DNA of 64,000 nt from Lama guanicoe (taxonomy: Eukaryota): positions 124,001 through 188,000 of the forward strand of contig MU053754.1 in NCBI GenBank assembly GCA_013239625.1. The letters are read 5' to 3'. The translations under genes were made by a program, and so were the position numbers. The first letter of the stretch is position 1. Every line of letters starts with the position of its first letter. This document shows positions 13,410 to 24,893 of the stretch, piece by piece. Below the pieces are notes generated by a model. That model searched no databases and was not told the DNA's origin. It saw only the letters and a list, made by a program, of their open reading frames with translations.

Positions 13410-13549
13410 GTTGTTTTTTGGAGTGGTTGGCGGGCAGGTAATTAGCTTTATTTATTTACATATTTATTTAAACGGAGGCCCTGGGGATTGAACCCACGAC
13501 CTTGTGGATGCTAAGCATACACTCTGCCACTGAGCTACGCCCTCCCCCC
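13410..13549 (-). mobile_element. vic-1-type SINE
   Basis: ggtaattagc...ctggggattgaacccacgaccttgtggatgctaagc...ccactgagctacgccctccc. TSD gaaaaYact at 13401-13409 and 13551-13559. Confidence 0.92.
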
Positions 13550-14626
13550 AGAAAATACTATTCTTTCCCCAGTAACATACTTCCCCAGACTGGAGATAAT
13601 CTATAAGCTGTCACATTAATGATAAGTAATACGTTTTCATTATTTACATCCAAATCCTTGAGTTTCAAATTAACAACACTTGAAGGAGACCTGCTCACGC
13701 AAGTGAAATTTGAATTGTAGATTAAGTGACACTTTGGAAGGGCTAGGTCACGTTGTAGCTTCTCAGCACCACCAAGATTTAATTTATGTAGTGTCATCGC
13801 GAAGAGAGGACTCTAATGGCTTTTTAATTATTCTCAACTTCAAAGAATAAATGGGAGAGAGACCAGTTCCCAGACAAAGGAAGGAAATATTGGAAGCTGA
13901 ATGGAGATAATTATGCAGCAATGCCCTAGCAAAAGTATCTGAGAACTTGAGAGCGTGCGGCTCTTTCCTGCCCATCCAGCGCAGACGGTAGAACACAGCT
14001 GTAATCTTCCTCCTCTTCCTTATCACCACGCTCCGTTCTCAAAGGCTGGTGATCGTAGTAAGTCACGGAAAACTCAGAAAGCTGAGGTGACATTTTCAGG
14101 GGAGACTGCTGGGCTGTGGATGAAGCAGTTTGCCGTGTCTGTGTCTAGGAGTCAGAGAGAGAGTGACTTGGACACAACGCCTTCAGAAACATCCACAGTA
14201 AATATTGTCCAAAATAAAATGCTGTAAACGTTGTGGTGATAGCAGGAAAATGTTATAAGCTTAGGTCTCTTGAGCACGTTTGGGGGGAAGAATTCTGGCC
14301 ATACTTTGCTCTGTAACCACTGATCCATTGCCCTTCAACGCTGAAGGTGGATGTTGAGTAAAATGTGAGTTTCAAAGGTAGCTGTCCTTCATACATGATT
14401 CTTTTTTAGTTATAGACTATAAAGCTTGTTTGATAGCTCATTCTCTCTGAGGACATGAAACCGGTATGTTCAGCAAGCAAATGCATTTCTTAATAATGAT
14501 AGTGACCGTTTATTGAATCTTGGTAGTAAGTCTAGAAATTTGCTTCCAAAAGGGCAATTCTGAGGGGCCTTAGAGATACAGAGAGATCCAGTTTTGTTCC
14601 AGTGAAAGTAAAGATAAAGAACAGGC

Positions 14627-14816
14627 GGGGGGAGGGTATAGCTCGGTGGTAGAGGGTGTGCTTAGCATGCACAAGGGCCTGGGTTCAATCCCCAGGACCT
14701 CTGCTAAGGAATAAATAAATAAATAATCCTAATTACCTCCACCTCGCCCCCCAAAAAACCAAAAAACAAAGCCGAAAAAAGCTTTTAAAAAAAGACCTAA
14801 ATAAATAACAAAATCT

Positions 14817-14847
<31 letters not shown>

Positions 14848-14869
14848 CAGAAAAAAAAAAAAAAAAAAA
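14627..14869 (+). mobile_element. vic-1-type SINE with long compound A tail
   Basis: GGGGGGAGGGTATAGCTCGGTGGTAGAG...GGGTTCAATCCCCAG, then cctaattacctcc and a ~50-nt polyA. TSD aaagaaca at 14616-14623 and 14867-14874. Confidence 0.93.
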
Positions 14870-15790
14870 GAACAAATGGAGGGCCAAAGAGGTGCATTAC
14901 AGAAGCAGTGAAGAACTGTGTAAAGCCAAAATATGGATGTCATTCTTATGAATACAGCACGTGGACAAAAGACCTCTCCTCCAGCCATCCTTACTGCCCA
15001 GCAAAAACTCCATGAAGAGCATGTTGGGGGAAATCGGATGTGTGCATGTTTTTGTTAAATAAAACGCTGTATAAGCCAAGACATAAAGTGTTAGTCTCAG
15101 GGCAGAAACGCCCAGCCAGGCACAGTGTGGTGACATTACTTTTTGCAGGCAGTTTCTCTTACTTACATCGTGTGTAGTTGGGTAGAGTCTTCAGCACCAG
15201 CTGAAATGAAGCTGCATGCACATTTGCAGAACCTTCCTATGACATGTCTGCAAGTGCTGGTTTTCTGACTTAAAGTGTTAAGACTTTTATTCCCTGTAAA
15301 TGTCAACGTGGTATCAGTGATGCAGGGAAAGGTTTACAGTTGTGAAGTTTTCAAAACCTTCAGTTACAAGGCTCAAGGAAACAGTTACAAGTGAAGATAT
15401 TTCTTCCTAGGGAAAGGGAAAAAAAAAATAAAAAAGAAAGAACACATTTAGTTAGGAGGTTCTCCTGATACCCAAGAATTATTTTATTGAACCCACTTCT
15501 AATACATAAGAGGTGCATGTGCATTTTTGTGTTTGTACTTTCTGTCCCAGATTGTGAGCAAAAATGTCTTCTAATTCAGTCTCTTGCTAAAAGGTTAATG
15601 TCCCATTTTTTTAAAGTCATCGGGCAGGACTCATTGGCTTCCGATACGGTAAATAAACTGCTGGTCCTGGAAAATGTTCCCATGAATGTGGTCTCAGGAA
15701 CGGTCGTGAAAACGGGAGTCCTTAGGTGCTGTGGACAGAAAGGTCTTTTAGTTCCATGTTAGTTCCTTCCTAACACACTCTCTCTCTCTC

Positions 15791-15924
15791 TTTTTTTTTT
15801 TTCGGTGGGGCCCATATTTAGGTTTATTTGTTTATTCTTAGAGGAGGGGCTGGGGATTGACCCCAGGACCTCATGCATGCTAAGCACGCGCCCTACCACT
15901 TGAGCTGTACTCTCCCCACCCCCC
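15791..15924 (-). mobile_element. vic-1-type SINE (GCTCAAGTGG variant)
   Basis: ttagaggaggggctggggattgaccccaggacctcatgcatgctaagcacgcgccctaccacttgagctgtactctcccc, preceded by a T run. Confidence 0.9.
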
Positions 15925-18179
15925 AGCACATTCTTTTATTGAGAATATGGACGCGATGTATATAGAATGGAGCTGGAGGTATTTATTTGTTCTACAGTGT
16001 GTCTTTCTTCCATTGCTGTTTCTACTGGACACCTTTGACTTCCCTCTTCTCCGGGCAGAGGTATCATTTTCAGTCGCAGTCCCTCTCCCCTCCTTTCCAG
16101 GAATACATACCCAAGGAAGAAGCCGGGTTAGGGCAGCGGGTGATGCAAACTTGCGGGAGATCTCAGGAAGGTGACCCTCTACTGCAAGATGGCAGAGACG
16201 TGCACAGATGGGCAACCCAACCCTCGTTAGGCAGACGTCAAGAAAGAGACCAAAAGGCAGGAAGCATTAGCATCTCTGAGCATAGAAATCTCTCAAAAGG
16301 CCATGAAATAAATCACCTCTAAGGCCAATGGGATGAAACACGAGTGTTCCGTGTGTCAGGCCACCACAGCCAAACCCCTTCCTGCGTTTCTCCAAATTGC
16401 AGGGCATCCTAGCCACTGCAGGATTCAGACATGGACATGTGGCATCCGTCTATGCAGGGATGTAAAATGCTACAAACAGAATGGGATACGTTTACCTGCT
16501 GGTGTGAACTGTGGGTTAATTTCTCAAGGATGCAAGAGAACCTTTCCCTTTTGTGGCGGCTCTTGAAAACAAAGAGGTCATGTTCTCTGCTTGCTACCCG
16601 ACTTCTGCTATTATTAAAAATTCAGAACATGAATTTTCCAGGAATTTTTTTTTTCAGAATTCCAAGACATGAAATAATGCGGCAAAGGGTAAAACATTCT
16701 ATGGGAATTAATGAATGTCTTTTTATTAAACTTTATAGTGAAATGTTCCAGTTTTATGTCAGCAGATTCTGTGTTATGCACGGTTTATTTGTCAGTGATT
16801 TATAAGCATTGCATAGCTTAACGGCAAAACTAAATGGCTGTTATTAAGTAAACGGATTGGAGGCAGGACTTTCTCTTACCTCCCTTTGCATGATTTTGGT
16901 TCTCAAGTTTAAACCGGATCTTTGGGTGCAACTGACATAATGAGAACTTCGGAGTGTTTGGGTTTCCTGTGTAAAGACACATGTGTTCCCATTACTCAGA
17001 TTGTCCCTCTGTCCTTCTTTATCTATTCAAATTCCAGCTGTACTTGAAGGCATTCATTTCTTGGCTGTTCCTGTCTGCTGGTATTTCTCTCGCGTGTGCT
17101 AACAGAATTCTCGCTCCTTGGAACCTGCTCTGCTTTTTGACTTTTTGCAAATCTGTTTTGCATTTATACTGTAAGATCTTAAGCTTTTAAGGTGGGCCCC
17201 CTGTCTTATTTATTGATTTTTTTTAATCCTCCTAGGACCCAAAGAATGCATAACGTTGACTGAATTGTAACAGTACCCAACCATGTGGTGCCTAGCTGCT
17301 TGGGACCTTAGGATAAAAATGAAATCTGCATAAATAAATATATTTATTTATTCATTCTTTTTCTCTTTTTTTTGCCCTTTTATAGTTGCTTTCTAGATTT
17401 GAAAATGATAACATGATTATACATTTTAACAACAGGATTACGGTACGTGTTTCTTACATTGAAAAATGACATTTAATTAACAGTTATAAGAATGTGTATC
17501 ATTCATGGAATTTAAGATTTCAACTCATGCTAATAATTCTAATTGCTGAAACTAGAAAAAATATTAATATTAAAATTCAATATTAATCAGTAAAGGGCAT
17601 TGATAGAAAACTACCTGTATTGTAATTCCAGGCATTTGCAATTAAATCCCATTTTTTAAGTACGCCAAGAAAACGGAATACAGAGGGTAGTGAGTGTTGA
17701 CTGATGTGCTATTCATCATGATAAGCTACTTAAGTCTAAGATTCATGTTCCCATACAGATGTAACTCACTGGAAGATGTATTACTGAGATTAAAATTCAA
17801 TCTTTGCCTTGCCTTCCCCAAAAATGAAGAAGAAATCAAACCCAATTGCACCTTGGACGTTTAATAACAAATAGCAATAACAAATATTTATTTTAACTAG
17901 GCAGTGATCCATCTGGGAAAATGAGTATGAACACTGATAAAGAAGAATATGAATTACAGAAACAAAAGAAGACCAAGACACCCCCCCACACTTTGAGATG
18001 TATCATTTGCCATGATTTATGCACACTTGCTGTTCATGTAAGGTAGACAGCTCTTCAGACCCCACAAGGCATAAGTAGGGAGTGAACATGTGTGAGAAAC
18101 TCACCAGACATCTGTGATTATCCAGCAAGAATATGCTCGCTAACAATGCCGTTCAGAGACCCTTCCAGGAAGGATCAAT

Positions 18180-19056
18180 TTTATTTTTTTAATTCAAGTG
18201 CAGTCAGTTACAATGTGTCAATTTCTAGTGTACAGCATAGTGTCCCAGTTATGCATATACATACAGATATTAGTTTTCATATTCTTTTTCATTAAAGGGG
18301 TTTTTGTTTGTCTTTTAAATTTTTATTTATTTACTTTTATTATTTTAGGGGGGTAGTTAATTAGTTTTTTTTATTTATTTATCTTTGGAGAGGGTGCTGC
18401 GGATTGAACCCAGAATCTTGTGCGTGCTAAGCATGTGCTCTACCACTTGAGCTACACCCTTTCACCAAAGGTCATTATGAAATATTGAATACAGTTCCCT
18501 GTGCTATACAGAAGAAATTTGTTCATTTTTGAAAATCTGTTTTTATATATAATGTCTAACATTTGCAAATCTGAAACTCCCAAATTTATCCCTTCCCACC
18601 CCTTTTCCCCTGTAACCATAAGATTGTTTACTGTGTCTGGGAGTCTGTTTCTATTTTGTACATGAGTTCATAGTGTCCTTTTTTTTCTTTTTTCTTTTTT
18701 TTTAGATTCTACATATGAGTAATATCATACGGTATTTTTCTTTTTCTTTCTGGCTTATGTCACTTAGAATGATAATCTTTAGGTCCATCCATGTTGCTGC
18801 ATATGGCATTATTTTATTCTTTTTTATGTCTGAGTAGTATTCCATTGTATAAATATACAGCAGCTTCTTTATCCAGTCATCTGTCAATGGACATTTATGT
18901 TGTTTCCATGTCTTGGCTATTGTAAATAGTGCTGCTATGAACATTGGGGTGCAGGTGTCTTTTTGAAGTAGGATTCCTTCTGAATATATGCCCAGGAGCG
19001 TGATTCTTGGGTCGTACGGTAGCTCTACTTTTAGTATTTGCCCCACTGAAGAAACT
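18180..19056 (-). mobile_element. Camelid L1 3' end, interrupted by a SINE
   Basis: ORF 18702-19076 (ELPYDPRITLLGIY...TCTPMFIAALFTIAKTWKQHKCPLTDDWIKK...YYS...AATWMDL) is the L1 ORF2 C-terminus. The 3'UTR runs to the T-run at ~18180. Confidence 0.93.
18299..18466 (-). mobile_element. vic-1-type SINE nested in the L1 3'UTR
   Basis: gattgaacccagaatcttgtgcgtgctaagcatgtgctctaccacttgagctacaccc. The L1 sequence cattaaagg|tcattatg is split, with aaagg duplicated at 18294-18298 and 18467-18471. Confidence 0.9.
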
Positions 19057-19064
19057 TTCAATTT

Positions 19065-19658
19065 CCTGCACCCCAATGTTCATAGCAGCCCTATTTACAA
19101 TAGCCAAGACATGGAAACAGCCTAAATGTCCATCAACAGATGACTGGATAAAGAAGAGGTGGTATATTTATACAATGGAATACTATTCAGCCATAAAAAC
19201 CGACAACATAACGCCATTTGCAGCAACATGGATGCTCCTGGAGAATGTCATTCTAAGTGAAGCAAGCCAGAAAGAGAAAGAAAAATACCATATGAGATCA
19301 CTCATATGTGGAATCTAAAAAAAAAAAAAAGAAAAAGGAACATAAATACAAAACAGAAACAAACTCATAGACATAGAATACAAACTTGTGGTCACCAAGG
19401 GGGCAGGGGTGGGAAGGGACAGAGTGGGAGTCTGAAATTTGTAGATACTGACAGACATATGCAGAATAGATAAACAAGATTATACTGTATAGCACAGGGA
19501 AATATATACAAGATCTTGTGGTAGTTCACAGTGAAAAAAAATGCGTCAATGAATATATGTATGTTCATGTATAACTGAAAAATTGTGCTCTACACTGGAA
19601 TTTGACACAACATTGTAAAATGACTATAACTCAATAAAAAAAAATACTGAAAAAAAAA
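19065..19658 (+). mobile_element. Young camelid L1 3' end
   Basis: ORF 19007-19318 contains CTPMFIAALFTIAKTWKQPKCPSTDDWIKKRWYIYTMEYYSAIK...PFAATWM...SLICGI, followed by a 3'UTR, aataaa and polyA. Confidence 0.95.
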
Positions 19659-20701
19659 GTTCCCCAGTCTTTGAAACAATATTTTCTCAGAAAGGCTACA
19701 GTAAAAAGTGTTTGTTCTAAGTATTTCTCTCCTTGCCTGAGTATATGCATGGCTTCGGCTTTTGGAAAACAAGAGATGACAGGAACCATAAGACAGGAAT
19801 GCACGTGATTTTAGAAATGTCCACTGGACTGAGTCATTAGGGGACATTGGTCTGTTCATGTAAACGTGATGGAGACCCAGTCACTACCGAGCGATTCATT
19901 ACCTAAAAGGTGTTGGAAAACATGCCAAGTTTATGAGTGGCATACCATTAACCCTTTTGAGTTAGCTGTGTCCTTTATGTTTGCGACTAGGAACGACATC
20001 CAAGGAGTTTTGACTCCTCTTATTACTTCGTAAGTAAAATGATGCTCTGTATTAATAAATTAAAAATCAACATTTAAATCCACCCGTGTGCCAAGTATGG
20101 ACATTAGTCTACAGGCTCAGGAAGGCAGAGGCGGGAAGATGGAAGTAGGTAACTGTCCACATTCCCTTCTGTCATTCCTGACAACTAAAGTGAATATAGT
20201 GGCTTCCTTTTTCCATCCGCTTATTATATTTTTGGTTCTCTTTAATTATCTCCAAAAGCATCTACTTGGTAACCCTAGCCATATGCCCTTACCTATGTGA
20301 AAAACCTATGTAACAAGCCTGTGAATTTATGCGTCTTTGGGGGTTTGTGCTACAAACTGTGAAATTGTAATATATCAACCCTGAACACCACCTTGGACCC
20401 TCAGCATCAAAAACCACACCAGAAGATGTTGGCCTTTTAGACTAAAGATTTATGAATACCTGGAGGATGAACTGGACGATCTGATTTACATTGTCTGGTC
20501 ACAATGTCACGATCTCTGCAAAAATGACTGTTTTGAATGTGAACGTCTTCATCTCAAAATACTGACATCGACAGTAGAGTAAAACTGAACCTTGCCTAAC
20601 ATCTTTTGCTACTTTTTTCTTTTGGTTTTGTTTGTTTGTTTATTTGTTTTTTGGTTTCTGTAACAATGCTAGGATTAGACGGTGTTAAAAATAAACAACG
20701 T

Positions 20702-20869
20702 GGGGGAGGGTGTAGCTCAGTGGCAGAGTGCACGCTTAGCTTGCATGAGGTTCTGGGTTCAATCCCCAGTACCTCCATTAAAAAGTAAGTAAATAAATAA
20801 ACCTAATTACCTCCCCCCTTCAAAAAATAAGTGAAATAAAGATAAAGTAAATAAATCTATTTTTAAAAC
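20702..20869 (+). mobile_element. vic-1-type SINE
   Basis: GGGGGAGGGTGTAGCTCAGTGGCAGAG...GGGTTCAATCCCCAGTACCTCC...aaacctaattacctccc. TSD aaaYaaacaacg at 20689-20700 and 20870-20881. Confidence 0.93.
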
Positions 20870-21719
20870 AAACAAACAACGCAATTGTTATTATAATTTG
20901 GAAAACTTTGGAAATGTTTAGTGCTGTACTTTTGAAAGAGAATTACGTGACGGTCAAGACACATTTTATTCTTTGGAAACAGGTCCTGTAATCTGTGTCC
21001 AGTCGCGCTTCGTTTTTCCCTGGAGGGATCTTACCCGCGTCTGTATCCCAGAAGCGTAGTTGGTTCAGCCACCGTGACAGCCAGTGTCCTCATAACTGGG
21101 CAGGAAAAAACATCCCATTAAGATAGAGGTTTCTGCTCGAAACAAAGCAGATGGTATGCGCTCTCCAAGAGGTGAAGTGGGGTGGGGGAGGGATAGGAGA
21201 GGAGAGCAGAAATAAAGACCAGAGATTACAGGAGCATCAGATAGCAACGTGCTTCTGGATTTTGCTTCTCTCTCTCCTCTCACTTTCCTGGGGTCATACA
21301 ATGTGCTTTTCTTAAAACAAATATAATAAAGAAACGCACTGTGCCCCAAGAAGGAGATGGAGAACGGAGATGATCGTTCTCAACTTTCTCCTGGCGGCTC
21401 CCTTGTAAAGTTGCTGTTGGCGCACTGCGGCCGTCCCAGCACGCAGTACAGATCAGAGTCATTTAATCAGTGAAGTCTGGTTTAGACTCATCTCCATCAT
21501 CCCCTAAATATTATTTGGGGAGGGAACTGTAGAACATGGTCAGCATTCAGCCATGGCCATTTTGTACAGCTCATCGTGTCTCTCTATAAGTAAGCTGAGT
21601 TAATACCAAGAAATACATGAATGGTCTTTTTAAAAAAGCGGACTGGGGGCTTCAGGGCAGTTGCGTTTTGCTCGCCGTCGTGGTCCAGGCGTGCTCGCTG
21701 TTGCTTGCCCTGGCTGGTG

Positions 21720-22118
21720 TGCGTCATAAATACCCCTACCTCTGCTTCTCCTCTTCTTCTGGGAACATGGAAGGAAAAGTCCATGCCTCTGAAGGCACAC
21801 TTGCTCAGGTGACTCCCTCGGACTTTTCGTGATGAAACACACGGAAAGTGACGGGCATTGCTTCTGGGCTGAAGTACTCACCGTTCCTTGCCTTTCTGCT
21901 CGTCTGCCACTGCAACGCCTGATGCTTCATGTTGAGATGCGGCATCGTAAGATGGTAACACCTCCTCAGTCAGGCCTGTGAGTACTAAGGATGAGCAGAC
22001 TCTTTCTGCCAACCACACTGGGGACGGAGTGTCAGCAAGAAGAAACCTTTGTTTTACACCAGTGAGATTGCAGAGTGGTTAGACACTGTCGTGTGACCTG
22101 GCTTATTGTGGCTAAGAG
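21720..22118 (+). mobile_element. Old MaLR LTR (MLT1I/J-like)
   Basis: cttctcctcttcttctgggaacatgg...aagtgacgggcattgcttctgggctgaag...catgttgagatg...caagaagaaacctttgttttacaccagtgagatt follows the MLT1I/J layout. Confidence 0.6.
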
Positions 22119-24620
22119 AATCTTTGCAGAAAATTATGAAAGAAGGCGATACTCGATAATGCTTTCTGCTGATGATAAGTTTAAGGTAGGGATTTCTCTA
22201 CATAAAATTTGTGGGGTATAAATTGGCATTCCAAAATCTCTGGCTGGTCCTGGAGATTACTACCCACTAGGAATCCTATTTGGAAATACCTTTTCCTGGG
22301 AGGTTATCAAAACTCCTGACATGAACTCTGAAGTTGTTGGACCCTTCCTGGCTGAACACATGGCTGTGGTGCTTTTCATGGAGTCAGAAAACATGAGAGG
22401 GTAGGGTCTAGGTCTTTGCAGTGGTACACAGTTCCTGGCTACATCTGAGCCATCAGATGCCGCAGTAAAAACATCTTGAGCATTTATAAGCACTCCCAGG
22501 ACTGCTAGCAATTAATAATAAATGACACCCAGAATTGACTGTCCAAAGTCAATACACAGAAATGTCATCTCTTTGGAGTGAAGCTATTTTGACATGTTAA
22601 GTCTCAGTATTAAACACAGCTGTCATTTCAGTATGCGTGGCTGAGGACGCAGGTAAAATCAGGATGTCGACCAAAAGGGGGAAGTTAAGACAGGCTTGAT
22701 GCAAAGAGTTGATCTCAGTAGGAAAATAGGAGAAAGGGCGAATTTATGCAGAGAATACCCTCCACGTCATGCCTTTTATCCGCCAGGGGAGAAAACAGCT
22801 TTCAACGACTATGTTTATAGGTACAATTATAAATGTAGTTTAATCCTCTTGAATTTTAAGAAATCCGGGAGACGAAATCTGTCGCAAACACAGCGACAAT
22901 AAGCCGAAGCTGCATCATTTAGGGCAGATAAAAGGCTTTTGCACAAAACATCCAGAAAGAAACAACATAAGCTCTGCTGCTTTTTTTAAGCCAAGCTGTA
23001 GATCTCACAGGCAATTTTGCTAAAGTTCCCGTTTTGTGATGATAACGTTTATTGACGACATTTATTTTGATGTTGCACTAATCTCGTTTTAAATTAAATA
23101 ACCGTAATTCTAAAAGAAGAAAAGGGCATACAGTGAGTTAGAACTGTTTCATCCGAACCTGGCTTTCTTTTTCAAGAAATCTGATTTTGTATGAAGAGAA
23201 TTATTTGCCGCTTTGAACAGAAGTAGTGGTTGGAAATGCTTGAGTCATTTGCGTCAAATTTAAAGAAATAGTTGAGCGGATTCAAAACTTCAGTTCGTGA
23301 AAATTAAGTGACCGCGTGACCTTGGAGAGAGAGACAGTTTGGTGATCTGTAAAGAATGTCAAGGTCGTGACACAGGCGAAATTTCTCTTTTCTTTCATTC
23401 CCCTTCATTTCTCCACCCAGCGTCTGTGCCTTAAGGCCTGTCCCTAAACACCCCAAAGCTGTGTTTCCCTGCCCTGGACTCTGACTTTTCCTCTGGTCTC
23501 CAGCCCCTTCCTGCCTCCCCTCAGGGTCCTGTTTGAACGAGGGTGGCGACAGGGTGAGGTGAGACGTAAGCACTGCGATGAGTGCTCTGCTGACCTCGGG
23601 GCAGTGAGGCTTCTCCCTGATGGAATTTGCCAGTCTTTGGGGCTCTGAGGTTTTAACAGCATTTCTGGCTTCTGACAAGGAACTGGGACCCACCTTGCCC
23701 CCTGGAGAGCAATGCTCTACCTGTCTCCCCATTGCTGCGAAGAAGATCTTAGGGGTGCTGGCTGGAGGGGCAGTGGAATTGCACTTAAAGGCACTTGTCT
23801 TGTGCCTCAGGCTCTGGTCTGTGTAACCCCGGAGGGAGAGAAATGAGCAAGATGATGAGGAAACAGAGGAAGACAAGAGATAGAACGTGTAGACAAGGGC
23901 CACGACCAAGAATGGAGGGCGTGTTCATTAGAGCGGTGCTTTGCCATTCCCAGGGAACAGGGTGGGTGCCACGTGGGAAGAGGCAAGGAGGAAGAGCATG
24001 CCACCTTGCAAACGGGTGGGCGGAACCCCTGGAAACATGCACCTTCAGTGCCCTGAAGCTGTCTGGCGTCTCATCCTCGCAGCCTTGCCTGGGCTTACAA
24101 GCTATGATGAAGGGCTTGATGTAAGCAGTATGGGTATCAGTCTAACTCATTTCAGTGCCAAGTGGATTCCAATCAGCTGCCTCCTCCATCTTTCTTAGTT
24201 TACTCAAAATGCCACTGCCTTTCACTGGAACTTTTTTCTCTGTCTGCAAATGAGACAGTCTCTCTTTTCAAACTCCTAACCGTTGGCCCTCCAAGCATCC
24301 CATTTTCCCCTCCTCCTCGGTTTTCTATCAAGGTGGACGCTGCTACTTTATCCAAATCGACTGCACTGGGCACCTGATAAAGGTCTCACATTGTCCTGCA
24401 CAACAACACAGCGACAAAGATCTTAAGACCTGGTTAGGTGTTTTTTTTTTTTTCTTCCTTCTTTCAGATTTACGTTAATCATTACTTTACACAGCCTTTA
24501 TTTACTCTTAATAAGGATTCAGGCATGAAATCAATATGCTATGATAGACTTGAAAGTCAAGTGGGTTTTGAATATGTTCCAAATTGTGAATGTGGTGGCT
24601 GTCTGAAGTGACAACTGGTT

Positions 24621-24767
24621 GGTTTGTTTTTGTTTTTGTTTTTGTGTTTTTTATAGGGGGGAGGTAATGAGGGTTATTTATTTATTTTTGATGGAGGCCC
24701 TGGGGATTGAACCCAGGACCTCGTGTATGCTAGGCATGTGCGCTACCACTGAGCTCTACCCTGCCCC
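24621..24767 (-). mobile_element. vic-1-type SINE
   Basis: ggaggccctggggattgaacccaggacctcgtgtatgctaggcatgtgcgctaccactgagctctaccc. Degenerate TSD aagtgacaactggtt / aagtggccgctggtt. Confidence 0.9.
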
Positions 24768-24893
24768 AAGTGGCCGCTGGTTTGGACAGCTGGTTAGGAC
24801 GGCTGGTTAGTGCCCCCTTCTAAAATAACAAGGTTGAGGGTCAAACACAGTGCGTGCTGGTGGGTGTCTCTACCCACAATCCAAACCCTAACC

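Noticed and set aside
18702..19318. ORFs with reverse-transcriptase-family (L1 ORF2) similarity
   Set aside because: They cover only the last ~85-110 residues of 5'-truncated L1 copies and have no promoter or proper start.
23304..23909. 201-aa minus-strand ORF
   Set aside because: Ser-rich low-information peptide with no recognisable homology and no splice support.
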